The position numbers were made by a program, and so were the translations under genes. From Laetmonice hystrix (taxonomy: Eukaryota), in NCBI GenBank assembly GCA_965235115.1, contig OZ249436.1, positions 51,896,001 through 51,960,000 of the forward strand: a DNA stretch of 64,000 nt, read 5' to 3'. Each line of letters opens with the position of its first letter. Within the stretch, counting starts at the first letter, position 1. Of this stretch, positions 25,896 to 35,029 are shown in pieces. The notes beneath the pieces were generated by a model, which saw only the letters and a list, made by a program, of their open reading frames with translations, was not told the DNA's origin and did no database searches.

Positions 25896-26352
25896 TGAAG
25901 AAAACCGCCCATTCCAAGCGTTGAATGCGCGGCTTTCGACAGCCAGAAAACAGAGAGAGAGAGATCTTGCTTGTTTGGCAGCTGGCGAAGATCTACCGAG
26001 CGTTTATTCTACAGTATATATTAAAGTATAGTGGTCGGACCGCCGGCAGCCTGCTCCTCCCCTCTCCAGATGGCGTTGCTGGGATTTAATTGGCGTTATC
26101 TGCCACACCGCCTCTGCAGAGATCGGGATAAGCCAGGCTGGCAAGAAGTACATCCGGCGTCCGGCCATGGAGTACATTTCTTAGAGTTGGTACATCTAGA
26201 ACCAACTCTACGCATCAGTATTAGTGGTGAATAAGTAATAAAGGTTACAATAAAGATACATAATAGATGTTATAATAAAGAGGCGTACATAATAGATGTT
26301 ATAAATAATAAAGGTGTATAAGAAATATCTGAACGTTCCTCCATTTTCTACA
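25896..26352 (-). repeat. 3' LTR
   Basis: Direct repeat of 30771-31227; preceded on the minus strand by the polypurine tract AAGGGGGGGAGGTG (26353-26366). Confidence 0.93.
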
Positions 26353-26393
26353 CACCTCCCCCCCTTAAAGTTTGCAGGTCCCCCTGAAAACTC

Positions 26394-27925
26394 TTAGGTC
26401 CCTGGGGCTAGAGTAAGAACCGTAGGGGTCTCGAGAGTTGCGCCCCGTTTCCCGGTATCTGGGTCCTGCCTCACGCGAATCCGGCATGTAGACCATGCCT
26501 CGCCCACGGCTTTCTTAGCTAGATACACAGAATTTACAACCGCGAGAATAAACCCGAACAAACCAATCCAAGGTAGGCCGTGTGCACCCGGCAACCAAGG
26601 AATGGAGGTTCCTTCCTCCGTAGAGGGTTTCCATACTAGTTTCCGCAGTTGATCGATCCGAGCTCGAGGAACAATATGCAGGGGGTTGAGGGCGATGTGG
26701 GTGTCTACAAGAGGCCATGATAAGTTTAACGCAGGCCTGGTTATGTTGTCGGGCTGCCAGGTCTGCTGGACATACGAGCGGATGTCCTTCGCACGAAACC
26801 GTACCGTTCCGGCCATTTCGACACGACAACCTGGGGAGACATCAATAAGCATTATGTTATCTACACGTTGAGTAACAGGCACTGTCGCAGGACAGCGCCT
26901 CGTCAGCGTAGTCTCTGTGGCCATGGAAGCCACTACTTTGTCCTTATAATCGTACACCTTAGGCCTAGTGTCCATATTCTTGAATATAACAGTACATAGT
27001 CCTGGATCGTTTTGAGTTATTAAGCTATATTCACACGACTGGTTAAACATTATGCTATTTGGGCAAACCATAGGACTTCCGCGTACGCAATTGATAGGAA
27101 AGTAGACACGCTGGAAGTGGGTACTAATTACAACGTGAGGATGTCCTTGTAACTTCCGCCAACGATTCCCACTAAGGTGGATGTCAAAGTAAGCAAGTTC
27201 ATAGGATAAGTATTCCACGTGGCCTAACCCTGCAATGGATAGGGAGAAGGAGAGTTCCCGGACCGAATGCACAATGAGACGGCCTGTGGCGTGAGCATAA
27301 TACCAGTCCAAAGGCAAGGCAACAAGACCTTGCGCCGACATAGCCTCGGCTATTTCCAGTATAATGTGGGGAGCAATAACACGGTGCGTAATCCGTCCCC
27401 TAAGGATAGCATCAAGCTGTGAGTTGTACCGGTCCAACTCGTGCAGCCAGTGTCACTGTGCAACTTCTACTTCGTGAATAACATTGTCTAAGGTCCTCAA
27501 TATCTCCACGCGATGAAGATGACGCATCTGCTCAGACGTCCTCTCCACCACGCGGGCTAACACATTGTCAATTTCCTGGGTGTGGTTTGCTAAATTACGC
27601 AGATCATCACGATTGATCTGTTCATACCTTCGGGATTCATTGACGGCAGTCCACAATTCGGTAACTGTATGAATTACATGCTCCTGACGGTGTGCGACAG
27701 AAGCTACGATATAGTTAACTCGTTCGACTTATTTCGCTGTTGCTCTACCGAACAGAGAGTGTGATAGTTCGCCTACAAAGTTGAAAAGCCCTCTTTTTGA
27801 CCTACTGTTCCTCTGAACGGCGTCTCTCCAGCGTAGCAGGGACAGACGCTTCTCCCAAGTGCGGTGATCCTGAGGTGTGATCCACCGGCGCGAGACCTCG
27901 ATGCCATCCCGAATAACTTTCGTTC
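26394..27925 (-). pseudogene. env: env remnant, baculovirus F / errantivirus-type fusion glycoprotein
   Basis: Furin site RSKR (27803-27792) followed by fusion peptide GLFNFVGELSHSLFG; helical region; Cys-containing ectodomain; C-terminal TM LPWIGLFGFILAVVNSVYLA. In-frame stops at 27729-27731 and 27453-27455; N-terminus missing. Confidence 0.8.
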
Positions 27926-28964
27926 ACGTCGACAGCGGGGGCGGAGTGGGGTAACTAACTGTCACTACGGGCGGGTGGTGGTGGCAGATCCTGCATGGAT
28001 GCACGATGGCCCAGCTGCCGTGGAGCCAATGCAGAAACATCCATGGGCTCCTCATGACGAAGGGGTCCAGGTGGGCCATGCTGAGCTACAGTCATGTAAT
28101 CCGCTGTTATCGCAGCACGGGTGGCAGCCGTGATGGCTTCCTCCATGGTGTTGGGCCGCTGATTGTATACGTGCCACTGTATGTGTGGATCACGCAGTCC
28201 GTTAATATGTATAGGTTATTCAACGGGTCTGAGGGGTGGTCGCAGGTGATAACCGATTCGAGCGACAGCGAGAATCGTTATCACCGCGACCACCCCGAGG
28301 ATCCAGTTGAATAACCTACATACACCCCACGCGGGAAGATAGTCTGAAAGTGTTTCTGTTATAATTGTGTAGAATTTTGGGAAATGTCGGGTAATTTTAA
28401 TGGAAAACTCTGAGCGTGGAATAGCTGCCGCGATAACCACCCCATGGGATGGTTATCGTCGGGATGAGTAGGCTACCTCAGAGTTACACCGCGACCATCT
28501 TTGAAAATCTAGTTGAATAACTGACATACACACAAGAGGGGAGAGAGTTTGAAACTGTTTCTGTTAAAATTGTCTTGAATTTTGGAAAATATCGATAATC
28601 TTTAGCAGAAACTCTGAGCGTGGAATAGCTGTCGCGATAACCACCATGGGTTGGTTATCGTCAAGGGGGATTGGCTACCTCGGTGTTACACCGCGACCAT
28701 CCCTGAAAATCTAGTTGAATAGGCCTAACAGTTACTGACATACAACTATGAGGAAGAGAGTTTGAACGTGTTTCCGTTAAAATTGTCTAGAATATTGGGG
28801 AATGTCTACTAATTTCGAGGAAAAACAAAGCTAGATCTGCACACGTGCAGTGACCGACTGGGCTGACGATCGCCACGCCTCAGTGCACTTGTTTGACCAC
28901 GGTCTCCAAATAGCCCTTGCCCGGTACGTCACGGATGACTACACCGGAGTTATAATGCTACTCA

Positions 28965-29189
28965 CCGGTGTACCACGTTTGATGTACCACTCCATTCAAC
29001 ATACCTCCGCTATGTTGAACCTGTTCAAATTACTCCCTCCAGTCACCTCCAGTTTCAGGGTCTGGGTTAGGGTAAGGATAAGTTAATGGTTATTTTGTCA
29101 TTAGAAACTGGAGGGGGTCATTTGAACCTAGGTTAAACATGGGGGAGGGGTATATTCTGAATGGGGGGACTTGAAACTATGTACACCGG
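28965..29189. mobile_element. Small palindromic MITE nested in the gag insertion
   Basis: CCGGTGTAC / GTACACCGG ends, internal inverted symmetry, flanks TACTCA / TACTGA (6-bp TSD with one mismatch). Confidence 0.55.
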
Positions 29190-30056
29190 TACTGACAGAA
29201 TGGGCCGTCGGGAGCAGGTCCTGCGGTGACAGGACGGTCTACACTTTTTCACCCGACCGACCGACCGATCTTCACCCGAAAGTTCGGACGAAGATCGGGT
29301 GGAAAGTTCGGGTGAGAATTTTCCTTGGCGAACTCCACCCGAACTTTTCAACCGACAATGCAAATGGTCTACACTTTATAATTTTCACCCGACCGACAAG
29401 TTCGGGAGAAGGTCGGGTGGAAAGTTCGGGTAAGAATATTCCTGGCATAAGATCCGAATGAGACTGAGAATTCGGGTGACAGTCCGGACCGATCACCCGA
29501 CGATTGCTGCACTAAAGACCCAGAAATAACAAAGATCGATTTACGGCCGATTTTAAGATACGACCGATTTTTCTCCATAGTTTTCCAATCTAGCAGTAAT
29601 TAAGAAATACTGCGCGGATGGTTTAAAAAAATATCTGAACTCGGCCCGACCGCCCGACCAATTCACAATTTTCTGAATTGGTCAGATGGCTATCTGACCT
29701 CCACCCGAATTCGGGGGACAGTTCGGGCCGATCACCCGACCATTGCTCGACGAACCGAACTCCACCTGATCGCCCGATCACCAAAGTTCGGGTGCAGATC
29801 GGCTAAGTGTAACAAGGGCTTCAGTGTGGATTAAGAAAAATATGCAAATAATATCATATCACATTACCAACCGCGAGCGATAGCGAGAAAAAATAACTCA
29901 TTAGTATTCGAAACCTCCTACCCGAAGAATTCGAGGGAACCGAGAATTCTTGGGGTAGGAGGTTGAGAAAAAAAAATCGAGGGGTGATATCGAATGAAGC
30001 CCGAGCGAAGCGAGGGTTTCATTCGATATCAACCCGAGAGAAATGAAGGTGTTAGT

Positions 30057-30131
30057 GCAGACGGTGTGGCGGAGTGGGTAGAGCGTTCGCTGACCAGTCC
30101 GGCGATCTGGGTTCGAATCCGGGAACAGGCA
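30057..30131 (+). other. tRNA-derived segment with Pol III A and B boxes (SINE-head-like, not a functional tRNA)
   Basis: A box TGGCGGAGTGG 30067-30077, B box GGTTCGAATCC 30110-30120; anticodon loop and acceptor stem are non-canonical. Confidence 0.6.
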
Positions 30132-30751
30132 AGCTTTCGTGGTAAAACGACCCGGTTATCCAGAAAGAGTCGCGCGACTGGATATGGGGGCCCATGGGGT
30201 GTATATGTATGAATCAGGCGTGGAATCGTTATGGGTCCCGCCAGATCTGCGGCAGTGTAAAGTGAACCTACCCGTTCTGAGAAGATAAGGGAATATTCCC
30301 GCACATCTTGGTAGGGTGCTTGTTTAAAATTATCCAATGCAGCACGGCGAATCTTCACATCTTCGTCATTGAGTAGAGTGTGCTTGATGTGTGCAATAAG
30401 TCCATTCACACTGGCCTCCTCATTAAGTCGATATGCCTTGATTTTGCTTAGCAGTGGTCCCGTTGAAATGTACGCACAAAACTTTCTAAACTCCTCTACT
30501 GGGGCAGTCACAAAAGCAGCAGCAGTCTCGACCCTTTCTAACCATAAACGTAATGCCGCTATGCTTGTGCCATCTGTGGAGTCCATATTCTTGGCAAATC
30601 GTGCCAAATCCCGCGCACACGCGTCCGCCATTGTAAATATTGCACACAGCTATTAAGCAGAAGTGTAAATCCACAAAAGTTTCATGCTAGAAATAGGGAG
30701 TACGATCTTACACGTACTGCAGCGCCCAACCAGCATTACTCCTTGTAGTGG

Positions 30752-30769
30752 ATCACGTCGGGGTCACCA
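30752..30769 (-). other. Primer binding site complementary to tRNA-Trp
   Basis: TGGTGACCCCGACGTGAT one nt after the 5' LTR; complement of the eukaryotic tRNA-Trp 3' end (AUCACGUCGGGGUCACCA). Confidence 0.9.
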
Positions 30770-30770
30770 G

Positions 30771-31227
30771 TGAAGAAAACCGCCCATTCCAAGCGTTGAA
30801 TGCGCGGCTTTCGACAGCCAGAAAACAGAGAGAGAGAGATCTTGCTTGTTTGGCAGCTGGCGAAGATCTACCGAGCGTTTATTCTACAGTATATATTAAA
30901 GTATAGTGGTCGGACCGCCGGCAGCCTGCTCCTCCCCTCTCCAGATGGCGTTGCTGGGATTTAATTGGCGTTATCTGCCACACCGCCTCTGCAGAGATCG
31001 GGATAAGCCAGGCTGGCAAGAAGTACATCCGGCGTCCGGCCATGGAGTACATTTCTTAGAGTTGGTACATCTAGAACCAACTCTACGCATCAGTATTAGT
31101 GGTGAATAAGTAATAAAGGTTACAATAAAGATACATAATAGATGTTATAATAAAGAGGCGTACATAATAGATGTTATAAATAATAAAGGTGTATAAGAAA
31201 TATCTGAACGTTCCTCCATTTTCTACA
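30771..31227 (-). repeat. 5' LTR
   Basis: No differences seen against 25896-26352 by eye. Confidence 0.93.
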
Positions 31228-31544
31228 ACCTGTCGGTATAGATCTAATGTTGAAGATCAGAGATGTTTGAGTAGGTCAATGTTTGATTAAAGGGGGGTTT
31301 CGCGAAAATTATAAAGATAGGCCTACACAATTCCGCTTTTCTCCCCAAAAAGGCTAATGGACCGAAAAAAGATCATACTACTTTCAAACTTACGCTGATT
31401 GTTACTACCTGTTTACTGCTGGCCAATTAAGATAGTAGGCCTAAACGGTCCCCGTTTATTTTTCTCTGGGAAATGTCCACGTTTTCTTACTACATAGGCC
31501 TACAGAAAAACAATGGTGCTATCATGCACCCGTGACGACTTATA

Positions 31545-33851
31545 AGCCTTAAAAGATGCAAATTATGCCATTATGACAAATGAAAGAGCATATGTAACTT
31601 CCTATTAGTGTTTAATAGTAACTCTGGATCTAACCTCAACCATTAACAAGTTATATCCCTGAGATAATATGGATGACATCGTTATGACGTCTATGTCACG
31701 TGACCTAAAAAATAATGGTCCCAAATGACAGAGCATATGACTTCCCATTAGGGTCTAATAGTAACCATGGCTCTAACTTCAACCAATTACAAGTTCTATC
31801 CCTGAGAAAATATGGATGACATCGTTATGACGTCATAGGTCACGTGACCTGAATAATAATGGTGCTAAATAAAAGAACATATATGACTTCCTATTAGTGT
31901 TTAATAGTAACTATGGCTCTAACTTCAACCATTTACAAGTTATATCCCTGAGAAAGTATGGTGCACATCGTTATGACGTCACAGGTCACGTGACCTGAAG
32001 AAAAACGTGATTCAAAAGAAAGCTATTCGTCTAATCACAAATTCCGGATATCGAGATCACACTTTACCTATATTCAACAAACTTAATATCTTACCTCTCC
32101 AACAACTTTATTATTATAATATTATTCTCTTTATGTTTAAAGTCTATAGAGATAAATTACCAACGGTTATAATAAATCACTTTACACAACGCAATAGTCT
32201 AACCTTAAGAGCTACGCGGCAATCAAACCTCTTTGAGATTCCCAATTATATCAACGACACCTATGAAAGATCAATTTTTGTCAGAGGCCCGAAATACTTT
32301 AATAGTTTCTATAGGCAAACGTTTATTGATCTTTCTCTTTCAGTGCCGACATTTAAACGTGCCCTAAAAGTTGGCATTCTTAGAAATGAATTTTCATTCC
32401 CTTAAAGCTGCTGTGTCCCTATCTGTCATACATATATTTTTTGTGTAACGTTATCATTACAAATTTAGATCGTCAGATGTGTAAATTAATAGTTTATCGT
32501 ACTCTACCACCTCCACAGAAATGTTTATTACAATGTACATCATTTGTTATAATCTGTGGACTATATATAGCCGACACTCAAGTTGCTTCCTGTCCACTAT
32601 TCAAATGATACCACATGTATTTTGTTTCATTGTAATAAATATTTAAAAAAAAGAAAGAAAAATGATGGTGCCAAATGAAGAGCACATAGGACTTCCTATT
32701 CTTCTTCAATAGTAAATATGGCCCTATCTGGCACTGTTTAGAAGTTGTAGCCATAGATAGCTAAAGTGACCACTGTTGAAAACTTCAAGGTCACGTGATT
32801 CAGCGAATATAGCTCAAATCGCTTATCCCTGGATGATTCTATTGTTATTGTTGACTTGTTAGAGAGTGTTCCCGCCTAATTTTGTCAAATTTTACCAAAA
32901 ATGAAGAAGAAGAAACGATTTAAACAATATGTAAGGTGAGGCCCAGTTCTCCCAAAGGTCAAAGGTCAAAGGTCAAATGAAGGCTCAGTTTTAAGCATGA
33001 CCCATGCCTGATTATAGCACCATGATGGGTTTTGGAAATTCTCAATATGAGCTTAAAAATGGCCTCAATGTACAAATCACGTTTGACGTCATGACGTCAT
33101 GACGTGACGTCATGACTGATTGTATGACCTTTCTTTGTCATGGTCAAGGTGTGTATTCAGGAACAATTATGGCTCTGTCTCAAATCTTTCAAGAGTTACA
33201 GCCAGGAATCTTCCAAATGACCTAACTTTAAAACTTGTAGGTCAAGTGGTCCAGCGAAAATAGGTCAAATCCTTAAAAATAATGGTGCCAAACGAAAGAT
33301 CATATCACTTCCTATTTGTGTACAATAATAAACATTGCCCTTTAACAGAAGCATCTTCGAGTTATAGCCATAGATATCTAAACTGGGCACTGTTCCAAAT
33401 TTCAATGTCACGTAACTCCGCGAAAATAGGGCAAATCGCTTATCCTTGGACACTTTTTGAAAAGCTCTTGTCAGAGAGTCCTTCTGCCAAATATTGTCAA
33501 GTTTGGTCAAAAAATGAAGAAGAAGTAGGGATTTAACCGATTTACGACCTAGGACCCAGTTCTCCCTAAGGGCAAAGGTCAAAGGTCAAACGAACAGTCA
33601 GTCTTTGGCAAGACTCCTGCCCAATGAAAACGCCTTGATAAATATTGTGAATTCCCAATATGAACTTTAAAAATGGCCCTCAATGTCCAAAAAAATTGAC
33701 GTCATGAGGTTACGTCACGTGACGTCATGACTCATTTTCTGACCAGACTTCGTCATGGTCAAGATGCCTACCAAGGTTGGTTGAGATATCCTGAAAACTG
33801 ACTGAGATAGACGTGCTGTTTACTACTACTACTACAACGCAAAGACCATAC
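31545..33851. mobile_element. Composite interspersed repeat with internal about 144-bp tandem units and a terminal (CTA)n (Helentron/HINE-like)
   Basis: Units AAATGAAAGAGCATATGACTTCCTATTAGTG...GTCACGTGACCT near 31578, 31722 and 31867; GGTCAAAGGTCAA motifs; (CTA)n near 33821; related fragment in the NF-kappaB intron near 13730-13830. Class is inference. Confidence 0.5.
32006..32654 (+). mobile_element. 5'-truncated LINE (CR1/L2-group-like) 3' end
   Basis: ORF 32007-32405 IQKKAIRLITNSGYRDHTLPIFNKLNIL...FMFK resembles the C-terminus of CR1/L2-type ORF2; AATAAA and A-rich tail; AAGAAAAA TSD at 31998-32005 and 32655-32662. Confidence 0.8.
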
Positions 33852-34339
33852 TGCCCTGTGATCTCAAAACACAGTAACTGACTAAAAGACAGTAACTGAG
33901 CTACGAGTGGATTCTGAACCTTTAACATGATTGCCATCATTCTGTTAAATATCATCCCCCACTTCAAAGTAATTTGCTAGATATTCAGTAGGCGGAGGCA
34001 CAGTAACTGCAATTTTGATTCGTATCTTGATTTCAAAAGACAGTATCTCAAGATACTGGGTCTTAAAATACTGTGTTTTGAAATCAAAATGTGTAGTTAC
34101 TGTTTTTTGAGGCCACCTGGAGGCGTAATAGCCGTATACTGTCTTTTGCATCACAGCCTGATTCTGAAAGTCATTGTTTTTTTAATCATCAAAAACACAG
34201 AATTCTGAGAGCTAGACTGATATGCTGTCGGGGGCGAAACAGATTCTTGAGTTTTCATTGAAGAACCAAGGTATGTACATGGAGTAGAAGGCCGTTTTGG
34301 GCAGACACACTTATATAGTTTGAGATCAAAAGACAGTAA
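33849..34339. mobile_element. Degenerate inverted-repeat element
   Basis: TACTGCCCTGTGATCTCAAAAC versus GTTTGAGATCAAAAGACAGTA; internal AAAAGACAGTA / TACTGTCTTTT subrepeats. Confidence 0.45.
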
Positions 34340-34425
34340 GTACAAAAACAATCCAAAATATTGTTTTTTTCCTAAAAATTTGAGACTTTGTTTATAGACA
34401 AGCTGTTCAACTCGACGACTATCGA

Positions 34426-35029
34426 CAGCGAAAATAGGTCAAATCCTTAAAAATAATAGTGCCAAACGAAAGATCATATCACTTTCTATTTGTGTACAAT
34501 AATAAACATTGCCCTTTAACAGAAGCATCTTCGAGTTATAGCCATAGATATCTAAACTGGGCACTGTTCCAAATTTCAATGTCACGTAACTCTGCGAAAA
34601 TAGGGCAAATCGCTTATCCTTGGGACACTTTTTGAGAAGCTCTTGTCAGAGAGTCCTTTTGCCAAATATTGTCAAGTTTTATCAAAAAATGAAGAAGAGG
34701 TAGGGATTTAACCGATTTACGACCTACGACCCAGTTCTCCCTAAGGGCAAAGTTCAAAGGTCAAACGAACAGTCAGTCTTTGGCAAGACCCCTGCCCAAT
34801 GAAAACGCCTTGATAAATATTGTAAATTCCCAATATGAACTTTAAAAATGGCCCTCGATGTCCAAAAGAATTGACGTAATGATGTTACGTCACGTGACGT
34901 CATGACTCATTTTCTGACCAGACTTCGTCATGGTCAAGATGCCTACCAAGTTTGGTTGAGATATCTTAAAAACTGACTGAGATAGACGTGCTGTTTACTA
35001 CTACTACTACTACAACGCAAAGACCATAC
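34426..35029 (+). repeat. About 600-bp local duplication of 33252-33851
   Basis: Both copies run CAGCGAAAATAGGTCAAATCC...CTACAACGCAAAGACCATAC with scattered substitutions. Confidence 0.9.

Larger units (their letters stand above)
28209..30201 (+). mobile_element. Hairpin-rich non-autonomous element inserted in gag (possibly Crypton-like)
   Basis: Flanked by TAT (28206-28208, 30202-30204); about 115-bp terminal hairpin, about 3 tandem units of about 200 bp (28306-28830), further hairpins 29874-30037, tRNA-like segment, CCCATGGGGTG end; no ORF and no conventional TIR. Class assignment is inference. Confidence 0.65.
27955..30631 (-). pseudogene. gag: gag (226 aa when rejoined), split by a 2-kb insertion
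   Basis: 30631-30205 (MADACARD...FKQAPYQDVREYSLIF...RLIHTY) joins in frame to 28208-27955 (INGLRDPHIQ...EEPMDVSA...) when 28209-30204 is removed; MHR-like Q...Y..F, IxGL and PMDVS motifs typical of Ty3/gypsy gag. Confidence 0.8.
25896..31227 (-). mobile_element. Non-autonomous Ty3/gypsy-type LTR retroelement with gag and F-type env remnant, pol deleted
   Basis: 457-bp LTRs 25896-26352 and 30771-31227 (minus strand TGTAG...CTTCA); ACCT TSD at 25892-25895 and 31228-31231; PBS and PPT present; gag and env remnants; no PR/RT/RH/IN seen. Confidence 0.93.

Noticed and set aside
30057..30131. Functional tRNA gene
   Set aside because: A and B boxes are present but the acceptor stem and anticodon loop are non-canonical; treated as tRNA-derived.
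28205..30210. 8-bp TSD ATATGTAT (hAT-like) for the gag insertion
   Set aside because: Removing the insert on that basis puts a stop and frameshift in gag; the 3-bp TAT overlap restores the frame exactly, and there are no hAT-type TIRs.
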